Source of the DNA: an uncultured Verrucomicrobiota bacterium | Lineage (GTDB): Bacteria > Verrucomicrobiota > Verrucomicrobiia > Limisphaerales > UBA9464 | NCBI GenBank assembly: GCA_903922605.1 | Contig: CAIXUG010000072.1 | Coordinates: 73,432-137,431, forward strand | Direction: 5' to 3' | Length of the DNA stretch: 64,000 nucleotides | Shown: positions 19,438 through 28,400 of the stretch, one piece after another | Numbering within the stretch: position 1 is the stretch's first letter | How the letters are laid out: the number at the start of each line of letters is the position of its first letter | Translations under genes and position numbers: made by a program | Notes under the pieces: model-generated | The model's database searches: none | Told to the model about the DNA's origin: nothing | The model's input: only the letters and a program-made list of their open reading frames with translations

Positions 19438-20496
19438 TTATTCCAAGTCCTTGGCGCGAATCCGCCACACGGTCCCGATCTTCTTGGCCTTGATTTCGCC
19501 ATTGTTGATGGCGCTCATGAGGTCGGCTTCCGTGATCTTGAGCTTGGAGGCGGCCTCGGTCGGGGTCAGCCATTCCACCTCGCCCTTGTCGGCGGCTTCC
19601 GTCTTGCCAGGTTTTTCGGAGGCGGGTGCGGCGGGTCGGTCGTTGCCCTTGGAGGGAGGAGCGGCAGCGGCTCCGGGTGCGGGGGCCGCCGGTGCGGCTT
19701 GTGGTGCCTGCGGTGGTGCGGCAGCAACGGCCGGAGTCCCGGGCGGCTGAAGGAAGAGGCCGGCCACATTGGTCGCCGTATTGGTTTTTGCCTTGTTGCC
19801 CACCATTCCGCCAATGGTCCCACCGAGTTCTTTCAGGCTGCTAAAAATGCTCGCCGTGGTGGCGCTGTCGTGTTCGGCCTTGTTTTTTTTCAGGACTTCC
19901 ACCTGGGCGTCTGCGGCCACTTTGGCCGCCTGCTGTTTCGCATCGCCCTCCACCGGCAGATCGGCCTGCTCGGAGCGCAGGTAGCCCAGCTTTTCCTGGG
20001 TCAGTGACTTGATCGCCCCAAAGGAGCCGTCGGGGCGGACGCTGAAGCTGTCGTGGATGGTGGGGATGGCGTCACCCTTGTCATATTTCCTGGCCAAATA
20101 GCGGGAACTCAGGTTGTCGGTCTGGAGCTGCTTGCCCACCTCGCCAGGCAGTGGCTTCCCGGCGGACATCAGGTCGCGGACCGTGTAGCGCGGTTCGTCG
20201 CATTCCAGTTCCAGCGTAAACTCGACCAGGGCGCTTTTGTCCGGTCGGGTCCGCAGCTTGGGCTCCGTTTCTTTCGTCGCGGTGAGGCCTTTGGGGATGC
20301 TTTCCGTGATATGTTTGCTGGCGCTCGCAACAATGGCCGCCTCGTTGGCCGTGGGCGATTCGCCCGTGACGCCCAGCGGGATCGCGGCGGCCAGCAGGGT
20401 CAGGCAGAGCAAGTGGCCCAGAGTCCGCCCGGTATGATGGCAGGGAGCAAAGTTCAATTCACCGCCGCGCCGTTGCGGTGCATTTTTAATGGACAT
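19438..20496 (-). CDS. Hypothetical membrane-anchored protein with Pro/Ala-rich linker and C-terminal excisionase-type helix-turn-helix
   Basis: N-terminal hydrophobic segment LGHLLCLTLLAAAIPLGV. Linker AVAAAPPQAPQAAPAAPAPGAAAAPP. C-terminus WLTPTEAASKLKITEADLMSAINNGEIKAKKIGTVWRIRAKDLE. Confidence 0.65.
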   Translation of the reverse strand: MSIKNAPQRRGGELNFAPCHHTGRTLGHLLCLTLLAAAIPLGVTGESPTANEAAIVASASKHITESIPKGLTATKETEPKLRTRPDKSALVEFTLELECDEPRYTVRDLMSAGKPLPGEVGKQLQTDNLSSRYLARKYDKGDAIPTIHDSFSVRPDGSFGAIKSLTQEKLGYLRSEQADLPVEGDAKQQAAKVAADAQVEVLKKNKAEHDSATTASIFSSLKELGGTIGGMVGNKAKTNTATNVAGLFLQPPGTPAVAAAPPQAPQAAPAAPAPGAAAAPPSKGNDRPAAPASEKPGKTEAADKGEVEWLTPTEAASKLKITEADLMSAINNGEIKAKKIGTVWRIRAKDLE

Positions 20497-20607
20497 TATT
20501 TTGGCAGGGTTTGGGATTTGGCGTCATCAATTGCTGCCGATCCGGCAGCGAAGGCAAGCGGGAAAGTGCCTCCATTGCCCCGGTTGGGAGGATCTGACCC
20601 TTTTGGT

Positions 20608-22212
20608 TCACGGCCCCAAGCCGGCGGCGGCCTGGCGGAACCGGGTCGTGAGGAGGGATTTGGCCCAGCGCAATCGCCACCCGTTCAGCCCCAGTTGAAG
20701 GAATATCGTGGGCAGAAAACTCAGTTGGGCGACGACCACCATGCTCGCCGAGGCCGCGAACCGGACCAACAGCAGGGCCGCCAATCCCCCGCCTATGGAG
20801 GCTCCCACCGCGATGGCGATTTCGCTGCCGAAGGTTTTCACCAGGGCAATCTCCGTCCGCCGGCTCGAGATGCCGTACCACATCGCGGACCACGTGAAAG
20901 CCACCCAGTCCAATACGTTGCTGAGATTCTCGCCGAGCGTCGAAAGCACGATGGTCTGGCGGGTTCCAGGGGGGACCGTTGCCGACAGGGTCATGAGCGT
21001 GTGCGCCATCCCCAGAACGCTGAAGAGGACATCGAGCCCGGCCAGCCAGAACACCACGCGGCGCATGGCCCGCCACAGCAGCCGGACCAGTTCGCCGTCC
21101 CCGAGCCGGGTCGTGAGCAGGATCTCCATCTCGCCGCTGTGCCGGGCATCGGCGAAGACGCGCGTGGCGAGGTAGGCAAACAGCAGCAGCCGGGCCAGCC
21201 CGGCCATTCCGGCCAGCACGCTGGTCGAGCTCAGGGCGATGCCTCCCGACGTGGTGATGTTCAGTGAAACCCATTGCAGCACCGCGCTGAAGTGGCCGAG
21301 ACAGGTCAGCAGGACCAACCCGGCCAACCAGCGGCCCAGATGGATGCGTGCCGCCAGGGTCTGGGCGATCACTTCGCCGAAGTCGGTCCGGACCTTTCCC
21401 GACCGGCGCCGCTTCGGTGCGGTGTGGGACGCGGATTCGTCCCGTCGCCATATTCCGCGCAGACGTCGCGCGGCGTCGGCCACGAGCAGTCCGGCCAGGG
21501 CCAGCTGCGCGGCGAGACTCCACCAATAGCGTGCGGCGTCGACCCGCTGGCTCACATCGTCGGCCAGCGTGATCCCCGCGATCGGGCTGAAGAGCGCCAC
21601 GGTGGCGTCAGTCATGTGGAAGGTGCCGGTGCGCGCCTGCCAGCCGGCGTCGAGGGCGAGCGGCAGGGCCGTGGCTCCCATCAGCAGGGCCGTCGCCGTC
21701 GCGATGGCCACCATGCCGTCGCGGCAGCGCACCGAGGCCCATGCCCCGCAGGCCAGGGAGACCGCGAGCGCCGACAGGAGGGCCAGAATGCAGCGGAAGA
21801 ACTGCCCGCCGGTCACGCCGCCGAACAGGATGGCGAGCCCCGTAATGGGCAGGGTGGCCAGCAGCGTGTACAGCGTGGTGACCGCCGCCCCGGACAGTTT
21901 GCCGAGCAGCACGTCCAGGCTGCTGAGGTCGGTCAGGAACAGGAAGCCCAGCGTGCCCTCGCGCCGCTCCTGGCTGATCCCGCCCGCCGCCATCCGCAAC
22001 CCTTCGACCAGGACATAAACCAGCAGCAGGATGATGAGGCCCATCAGTTCCGCGCCAATCGGCCCCCCTCCCATACGGCGGGACATGGCCGCGACCAGCA
22101 AGGCCAGGCCGACGATCAGGGTGACCGCTCCGGCGGCAGCCGCCCGGACGTAGAACGTCGAAGTAAGACGCGAACGGACCGACAGTTCACGAATGACGAC
22201 GGGAAGCAGCAT
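20608..22212 (-). CDS. Polytopic membrane protein, ABC-2-permease-like N-terminal half
   Basis: 534 aa with at least 10 hydrophobic segments. The N-terminus MLLPVVIRELSVRSRLTSTFYVRAAAAG resembles ABC-2-type permeases. No ATPase gene is adjacent. Confidence 0.55.
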   Translation of the reverse strand: MLLPVVIRELSVRSRLTSTFYVRAAAAGAVTLIVGLALLVAAMSRRMGGGPIGAELMGLIILLLVYVLVEGLRMAAGGISQERREGTLGFLFLTDLSSLDVLLGKLSGAAVTTLYTLLATLPITGLAILFGGVTGGQFFRCILALLSALAVSLACGAWASVRCRDGMVAIATATALLMGATALPLALDAGWQARTGTFHMTDATVALFSPIAGITLADDVSQRVDAARYWWSLAAQLALAGLLVADAARRLRGIWRRDESASHTAPKRRRSGKVRTDFGEVIAQTLAARIHLGRWLAGLVLLTCLGHFSAVLQWVSLNITTSGGIALSSTSVLAGMAGLARLLLFAYLATRVFADARHSGEMEILLTTRLGDGELVRLLWRAMRRVVFWLAGLDVLFSVLGMAHTLMTLSATVPPGTRQTIVLSTLGENLSNVLDWVAFTWSAMWYGISSRRTEIALVKTFGSEIAIAVGASIGGGLAALLLVRFAASASMVVVAQLSFLPTIFLQLGLNGWRLRWAKSLLTTRFRQAAAGLGP

Positions 22213-22407
22213 GGCCGAAGACTTTCGGGAATCGGTGCCGCAGGCAAGCGGGGTGACACGACATCCAGGGGCCGATCGCCGTTTACGATGTAAGGGCTCT
22301 CCTGTTGCGCTGGTGGGGCAAAGCTGCCGCTTTACCCGCTATTCAGCCGCCCTGCGTGCGCAGCGATGCAGGCGGCTGGCGTTCCCGGCTAAGTCCAAGT
22401 TGCGAAA

Positions 22408-22860
22408 TCAATTCAATTCAAGTGCCGGAAGCCGATCAGATACGTCATAAAGGCGCGCAAAATTGACTCTGCTGATGTAATGGAAACTTTGTGGAGGCCG
22501 GAATCCTCCGCGTCGCTTACGAAGTGCAGGCAGCGGGATAGGTATGGGTAGTCTCCAAGCGCGTCTTATCACAATCGCATGGGCCATCATTTTGCCCGAA
22601 AAATACTGCCTGAACTCTGCGTAGGAAATTCCGGTTTTCTCTCCTAGTGCTCTCCACAACATCTGGGGTGCAGCGGAAATCACCTCTTCGACTTCAAACG
22701 CTCCTTGAAGCTCTTTGGTGGGCGAGGAAACATAAACAAATGCCAAATCCCCTGAAGTCACTCGCGGCTTTACCCGGCGAAGCTCAACGGTTTTTTTTCC
22801 CGCGAAAATCTTCGCCGCAAACTGTGGGCGAATCGAAATCAAGAGCGCGTGCTGACTCAT
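22408..22860 (-). CDS. Stand-alone ASCH-domain (PUA-like fold) protein
   Basis: 150 aa. MSQHALLISIRPQFAAKIFAGKKTVELRRV...AFVYVSSPTKELQGAFEV is typical ASCH. The ATG at 22860 overlaps the upstream stop (ATGA). Confidence 0.8.
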   Translation of the reverse strand: MSQHALLISIRPQFAAKIFAGKKTVELRRVKPRVTSGDLAFVYVSSPTKELQGAFEVEEVISAAPQMLWRALGEKTGISYAEFRQYFSGKMMAHAIVIRRAWRLPIPIPLPALRKRRGGFRPPQSFHYISRVNFARLYDVSDRLPALELN

Positions 22861-24968
22861 TGACGAGAATGGTTCATTCCAAGTTGGTAGATGGCAACGA
22901 ATTGGTCGTTCGTGATTCTTCGTGGATTGACGGGCTGTGGCACAGCCAACTCTTTTATCTCGGCAAGCGAGACGGGTCGAGCAAATCGCTCGGTTCTGGA
23001 AAAACGGAATGCCAGGAGAGTTGCATCCAAATCGTTTTTGGCCCGCGCAAAGACATCCTTCCATTCGAAAACCCCAAGATGGCGGAACTTCCGATACAGT
23101 TCCTTGGGTTTCCCCACGACGATCTCCGCGAGATGCGAACACGCCTTGACTTCCATGGCCCCTCTGCCGGACGGGCCTTGACTTACATACCAGAGAATTC
23201 TGGCCGGTGCACGGAGGTGCCTATTCTTCCCAGAACAGTAATAGGCACCTTCGATACCTAGATGGAGTCTTTCCTTCAAATCCATCCATAATTGGCCACC
23301 TGTCGGAGCGTCAAAAAAATGTTCCGCCCAATCGGGGAAGATGGGCACAACGAAACTAGGCAAGTTGATGTCGACAATCTTCACCGGCGCGAGAGATTGC
23401 TCGCAACGTATTGCCAAATCCGGGTGCGAAGTCGCAGCCAAAACGCAAGACGCTAATTGTCCTTTGAGAGAAGGCGGAAGTCCGGACGAGCATACTGCAT
23501 CCGTTGCTTCTTTTATGTTCACCACCCCGGCCAAACTGAGTTTCCACCAAGCTTCCCCATCAGTAAGAAAACCTAGTTCCTGCATCGCGGAGGTCGCCAC
23601 TTCGGAAACACCTTTGTCAGAAACAGAGAGCAAGTTGCTTGTTCCTTGGGCCGTATCCAGCACAGCCGCATGAAGCATGTGCCGGATCAAAGTACCGGCG
23701 AGGGGATGGTTGGAATGACGCAAAAATGCGATTTCAAGGGCTGCATCACCGGTTCTTGTTTGAACAAGCAAAACGGCCAGGGCATATGTGTCGTCAACAG
23801 CCAAGCGACATGCCGACGTGTCGGGGTGAGCAAGGTGGTGCCGGAGCCTAGATTCAAATTCGTGCAACCGCTCCGAACGTGTCTGGTGAAACACTTCGCA
23901 CAAATGCGGAATGTCTGCCTCGGTAACTAGCCTTTCTCGCCAACGTGAACCTTCCAATCGGACGGGCCGGTATTCGGCCTCCCGACGTAGATTGTCGAAA
24001 CGAACAATCAAGTCGGTCGGATGAAGAATGCGCAGGCCGTATCGTTCGAAGATGCGATCAGCGTGGCTTAGCATTCCGGCGTCCCGGGTTACAAGAAAAG
24101 CGACTTCGGCGGCTATGGCGTGGGCAACCTGCCGCATGTCGGACCTATCGCGGTCGCAGATCGCGTTATTGAACAGAGGCTTTAACTCAGCTTCTATCAG
24201 CTTGGTCCTGCTCTCATCAGTCTTGAGTTCTCGGAATCCTTGGGCAGCGCCTCGAGAACGCTGTTGATCGGATGCCGAATCGGCCCGATGAATCTCATTG
24301 AACAGCTCTGGCGTGATGCATAGTTCAAGGCAGCCATCGAGCCAGTCCGCTTCCAACATTCGCGTATCCTCTCCGTGTGGGCGGCCATCGACCGTCAGAT
24401 CGTAGAAAACATTGGCATCAATGGCGACAGTGACCCGTTGACTGGCTTCTTCGCGAGTGGCAGCAATCGAAAAGAGGTCTTCATGGTTATGGCCGAACCA
24501 CCACAAATCAAGAAGCGCTCCATCTGCACCACGACCAGTTTTCGTATTTCTAACCGTAAACCCAAACTTCGACCACATACCTTCCAGCCGGTAGTCACGA
24601 CGACAATTCAGACTGATTCCCAAAAGATGCGAAGTATCGCCTTTCAAGCGATCAATCAGTAACTGTGCAACGCCAGTGCCTCGGAACTGTTCCGCGCTGG
24701 TAAGGTGTGTAATGGCCGCCCGGCGCTTCGCGACTCGGTAAAGTAGATATCCAGCCAGAGAGCCGTCTGGCGCTAAAGCGACAAGAATATGATTGAGCTT
24801 AGCGCGCTCCTCAAAAGCTCCGGTAGGTAACGGCCCTAGACGGGCTTTTGAAACTGCGTGAAGCGCCAATACTCCTTTCAGCAACGGAGAGTCGGCTCCA
24901 ATACACTCCACCTTGAAAGGAATTGGAATTTCCTGAGCTATCGGCTGGGCGGGATTGACTTTACTCAC
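22857..24968 (-). CDS. Multidomain GNAT acetyltransferase - PIN nuclease - GNAT-like - ASCH-like protein
   Basis: 703 aa. GNAT motif A is R96-G-T-G-V-A101. PIN acidic residues are D184 (VAIDANVF), E215/E221, D277 and D296 (LVTRDAG). The C-terminal 160 aa resemble the downstream ASCH protein. Confidence 0.8.
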   Translation of the reverse strand: MSKVNPAQPIAQEIPIPFKVECIGADSPLLKGVLALHAVSKARLGPLPTGAFEERAKLNHILVALAPDGSLAGYLLYRVAKRRAAITHLTSAEQFRGTGVAQLLIDRLKGDTSHLLGISLNCRRDYRLEGMWSKFGFTVRNTKTGRGADGALLDLWWFGHNHEDLFSIAATREEASQRVTVAIDANVFYDLTVDGRPHGEDTRMLEADWLDGCLELCITPELFNEIHRADSASDQQRSRGAAQGFRELKTDESRTKLIEAELKPLFNNAICDRDRSDMRQVAHAIAAEVAFLVTRDAGMLSHADRIFERYGLRILHPTDLIVRFDNLRREAEYRPVRLEGSRWRERLVTEADIPHLCEVFHQTRSERLHEFESRLRHHLAHPDTSACRLAVDDTYALAVLLVQTRTGDAALEIAFLRHSNHPLAGTLIRHMLHAAVLDTAQGTSNLLSVSDKGVSEVATSAMQELGFLTDGEAWWKLSLAGVVNIKEATDAVCSSGLPPSLKGQLASCVLAATSHPDLAIRCEQSLAPVKIVDINLPSFVVPIFPDWAEHFFDAPTGGQLWMDLKERLHLGIEGAYYCSGKNRHLRAPARILWYVSQGPSGRGAMEVKACSHLAEIVVGKPKELYRKFRHLGVFEWKDVFARAKNDLDATLLAFRFSRTERFARPVSLAEIKELAVPQPVNPRRITNDQFVAIYQLGMNHSRQ

Positions 24969-25313
24969 AGCAAGGCTGAGGTGTGTGTATCTGGCCTATT
25001 TGTGCCTAATGTAAACTCAAATGCCAAGATGTTTGAATTTGCCCGGTTCACTCTTCCGGACCGCCTATAGTGCGATTGTCTGGCCATCCTAGCTTGAAGG
25101 CAATGTGGTTGCCTACTACTTGGGACTGGTTCATTTCTTTGGAGGTTAGTGAACAGAAACTCTGCCTCTGGCGAGGGTTTGAGAACGACATATGTTGCAA
25201 TTAACAAAAAAGACCTATTTTGCTGCGTGCTCAGCACTCCCGCTCCGTGCTCGCAAAGACTTGGAGCGGATTCTTGATGGCAGGTCATGGGCCGGTCGCT
25301 ACGCTGGTCACTC

Positions 25314-25610
25314 ATGAACTGGCACATTGTCGTCTGGATCTACATCGCGCTGCTCGAGGTCGGCGGCCTCATCGGCCTCCTGAAGGCGGGCAGCAAGGCT
25401 TCGATCATCGCCTCGACCATTTTTGCGGTACCGTTGGTTCTTGGGCTGGTTTTGGCGTGGCCGATCAACGTGATGTTGATCGTGTTGGGCGTTCACTTCC
25501 TCTACTTCGCGGTCAGTTTCGCCCGGAAAAAGAAATTCATGCCCGGTGGCCTGATGGCGATTGCGTCGCTGGGAGCCGGCCTGTTCGTGTACTTTACCGC
25601 TTACCGCTGA
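25314..25610 (+). CDS. Small TMEM14-family (UPF0136-like) membrane protein
   Basis: MNWHIVVWIYIALLEVGGLIGLLKAGSKASIIAS with four hydrophobic helices. The ORF track start is 25287. Confidence 0.65.
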   Translation: MNWHIVVWIYIALLEVGGLIGLLKAGSKASIIASTIFAVPLVLGLVLAWPINVMLIVLGVHFLYFAVSFARKKKFMPGGLMAIASLGAGLFVYFTAYR

Positions 25611-25617
25611 TCGACCG

Positions 25618-25638
25618 GCGGCGGTCATAGACCGCCGC
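25618..25638 (+). terminator. Hairpin after the TMEM14-like gene
   Basis: Perfect 9-bp stem GCGGCGGTC/GACCGCCGC with loop ATA. No U-tract. Confidence 0.35.
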
Positions 25639-25667
25639 TAGAGGCAGAGTCCAGTTTTCAAAGGAAC

Positions 25668-28400
25668 ATGGCGAACCAAGGTCTGCCGGTCTGGCTGCTT
25701 CAGGCCGACATCCTCCGCACGCTGACGGCGGGCAACCAACTCGTGCTGGTCGCTGCCACCGGCTCCGGCAAAACCACGCAGGTGCCCCAGATGCTCCTGG
25801 ATGCCGGGCTGGCCGGCGCCAAGCGCATCGTGGTGCTCCAGCCGCGTCGCGTGGCCGCCCGGACCGTGGCCGCCCGGGTCGCCTGGGAGCGGAAAGGCCG
25901 GCTGGGGGATGAGGTCGGCTATCAGGTGCGCTTTGAGGACCATCTCTCCGAGGCTTCGCGCCTGTGTTTTGTCACCGAGGGCATCCTGTTGCGCTGGTTG
26001 CAGAACGACCACGAACTGAGCGACATCGGTGTGGTGATCTTCGACGAATTCCACGAGCGGAACCTGCTGAGCGACGTTGCCCTCGCGCTGGTGAAACGGC
26101 TCCAGCAGACCACGCGGCCCGACCTGAAGATCGTGGTGATGTCGGCCACGCTGGAGGCCGAGCCGGTGGCGCGTTACCTGGCGGCTGGGCCTTCTCATGC
26201 TCTTGCTCCTGCTCTTGCTCTTGATCTTCCTCCTAGTCTGCCGGACGCCGTCGAGAGTAAGAGCACGAGCAAGAGCATGAGCAAGATGGGGGCTGAGCCG
26301 GAGGCCTGCCCGGTGCTTGTGTCCGAGGGGCGGACCTACCCGGTGTCGTTGAACTGGTCCCAGTACGGTGACGACCGGCCAGCTTCGGAACGGGCGGCGG
26401 AGGCAGTGGAGCGGCTCGTCCGTAACGGCGAACTGGGTGACATCCTCGTGTTCATGCCCGGCATGGGTGAGATCAACGCCACCATCAACGCGCTGCGGGC
26501 CGCGCGACTGGACGAGCGTTGCACCTTCATCCCGCTGCACGGCGATCTGGCACCGGACGACCAGGATCGGGCCTTCCAGCCGAGCGACGTGCGCAAGATC
26601 GTCGTGGCCACCAACGTGGCCGAGACCAGCGTCACCATCGACGGGGTCTGCCACGTGGTAGATGCCGGCTTGGCGCGTATTGCCCGTTACGATGCCGAGC
26701 GCGGCATCCAGACCTTGGCGGTGGAGGAAATCAGCCGCGCCAGTGCGGACCAGCGCGCCGGCCGGGCCGGGCGTACGGCACCGGGAACCTGCTGGCGCTT
26801 GTGGACGGAAAGCAACCACCTGAACCGTCCGGCCCGGAATACGCCAGAAATCCGCCGGGCGGACCTGGCCGAAACGGTCTTGCTGCTTCACTCATTGGGC
26901 ATCCGGCGGGCGGCGGAATTCGACTGGCTGGACCGGCCCGATACCGAAGCCGTGGAGCGCGCCGAACGCCTGCTGACCACCCTCGGTGCGTTGGTGCCGG
27001 TGGAGCAGGGCGGGGGATTGGCCGAGACCGGGTCGGACCTGACTCCCGTTGGCCGCCAGATGCTGCGTCTGCCGATGCACCCACGTTATTCGCGCATGCT
27101 GATCGAGGCGTCGCGTCGCGGGTGTGTGCCGGCGGCGGCGCAATGCGCGGCGCTGGTCAGCGGGCGCGACCTGCTCATGCGGGTGGGCCGCGATGATGGC
27201 CAGATGAAGGAGGCCCGGGAGACCTTTGAAGGCAGCACGCAGAGCGATTTTCACACGCTGATGCGGGCGCACCAGTTCGCGAAGCAGAGCCAGTTTGACC
27301 TGAATGCCTGCCGCCGCATGGGCATCCATGCGCAGACCGCCCGGCAGGTGGAGGACACCTTCCGCCAACTGCTCCAGATCGCCGAACGCGAACGGCTGCT
27401 GGAGGACGAGGAGGAGGGCGCAAAATCACCTGCCATTGGCAACCCGACCGATCCCGATGCGCTGGCGAAGTGCCTGCTCGCCGGCTTCATCGATCAGCTG
27501 GCCGCCCGCAAGGACACCGGCACCTTGGATTGCCTGCTCACCGAGAGCCGTACCGGCGCGCTGGTCCGGGAGAGTGTGGTCAGCACGCCCTTGTTGGTGG
27601 TCGCCAGCATTCGCGAGGTGGAGGGCCGGGGCGGTCGCATGACCTTGCTCAGCTTGGCCACGGCGGTGAAGCGCGAGTGGATCACGGAAATCTTTCCACA
27701 ACACCTCCAGTCGACGGTGGAGCATCTATTCGACCGCACGCATAAGCGCGTCGCGGCGATCCGGCAGGTGCGCTGCCTCGGGCTGGTCATCGGGCAGGAA
27801 CACCAGCGCGAAACCGATCCGGAAGCGGCGGGACGCACTTTGGCGGAAGCCTTTGCCAAGGGCTGGTTTGAGCTGCCCAACCTCACGCACGACGTGAAGC
27901 AGTTCATCGCCCGGGTGAACCTCGTCTGCGCCGCGCTGCCAGAACTGGATTTTCCGCGCTTCGACAGCCCGGCCCTGCTGGCGGCGCTGACCCGCGCCTT
28001 TACGGGCTTTACCCTGGTCAAGGAGGCGCAGGCCGCCGAACTGCGGCCCCATTTCCGGGCGCATCTCGTACCCGAAGAGCGGGGCTGGCTGGATGAGCTG
28101 CTGCCCCTGTCGATCCCGTGGCCGGATGGCCGCACGGTGAAGCTCACCTATCCCGAGCCGGGCCGCGATGCGGAGGATGGTCCCGCCTGGCCCACCGCCC
28201 AGGTAAAGCTGAACGATTGCTGGGCGCTCAAAGCGCATCCGGTCCTGGGCGAGGGCAAAGTGCCGGTGCGACTCTGCCTCCAGGCGCCCGATGGCAAGCG
28301 CCTGGATGCCACCACCGACTTTCCGGCCTGGAAAACAGCCGGTTACCCCAAGCTGAGGGCGGCCATCAAGGCGAAGTACGCGGGCTTTGCCTGGCCGTAA
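25668..28400 (+). CDS. hrpB: ATP-dependent DEAH-box RNA helicase HrpB (carries a 36-codon repeat-derived insertion)
   Basis: GSGKTTQVPQ, DEFHERN, MSATL, and TNVAETSVTIDGV. 910 aa. Confidence 0.9.
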   Translation: MANQGLPVWLLQADILRTLTAGNQLVLVAATGSGKTTQVPQMLLDAGLAGAKRIVVLQPRRVAARTVAARVAWERKGRLGDEVGYQVRFEDHLSEASRLCFVTEGILLRWLQNDHELSDIGVVIFDEFHERNLLSDVALALVKRLQQTTRPDLKIVVMSATLEAEPVARYLAAGPSHALAPALALDLPPSLPDAVESKSTSKSMSKMGAEPEACPVLVSEGRTYPVSLNWSQYGDDRPASERAAEAVERLVRNGELGDILVFMPGMGEINATINALRAARLDERCTFIPLHGDLAPDDQDRAFQPSDVRKIVVATNVAETSVTIDGVCHVVDAGLARIARYDAERGIQTLAVEEISRASADQRAGRAGRTAPGTCWRLWTESNHLNRPARNTPEIRRADLAETVLLLHSLGIRRAAEFDWLDRPDTEAVERAERLLTTLGALVPVEQGGGLAETGSDLTPVGRQMLRLPMHPRYSRMLIEASRRGCVPAAAQCAALVSGRDLLMRVGRDDGQMKEARETFEGSTQSDFHTLMRAHQFAKQSQFDLNACRRMGIHAQTARQVEDTFRQLLQIAERERLLEDEEEGAKSPAIGNPTDPDALAKCLLAGFIDQLAARKDTGTLDCLLTESRTGALVRESVVSTPLLVVASIREVEGRGGRMTLLSLATAVKREWITEIFPQHLQSTVEHLFDRTHKRVAAIRQVRCLGLVIGQEHQRETDPEAAGRTLAEAFAKGWFELPNLTHDVKQFIARVNLVCAALPELDFPRFDSPALLAALTRAFTGFTLVKEAQAAELRPHFRAHLVPEERGWLDELLPLSIPWPDGRTVKLTYPEPGRDAEDGPAWPTAQVKLNDCWALKAHPVLGEGKVPVRLCLQAPDGKRLDATTDFPAWKTAGYPKLRAAIKAKYAGFAWP
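26192..26299. repeat. Hexamer-periodic palindromic element, copy B, inserted in frame within hrpB
   Basis: Arms at 26194-26221 and 26253-26281 pair 26/28. The unit is 108 bp, flanked by GGCTGGGCC (26183-26191) and GGCTGAGCC (26291-26299). Confidence 0.65.

Larger units (their letters stand above)
22390..25250. other. AT-richer genomic islet 1 (GNAT-PIN-ASCH cassette)
   Basis: Hand-counted lines 23401 and 24481 give 52% G+C, against about 65% in flanking lines. The boundaries are approximate. Confidence 0.6.

Noticed and set aside
20053-22293. 404-aa and 339-aa plus-strand ORFs opposite the HTH-protein and membrane-protein genes.
   Set aside because: The translations are Arg/Gly/Gln-rich and low-complexity, whereas the opposite strand encodes coherent TM helices and an HTH. 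They are antisense artefacts.
24965-25327. 120-aa minus-strand ORF upstream of the GNAT-PIN-ASCH gene; considered as a third islet gene.
   Set aside because: It has no motif and no plausible RBS. It overlaps the start of the TMEM14-like gene and spans the compositional boundary. It is more likely promoter/leader DNA of the cassette.
25638-26891. 417-aa minus-strand ORF opposite hrpB.
   Set aside because: It is antisense to a helicase with all DEAH-box motifs. It is an artefact.
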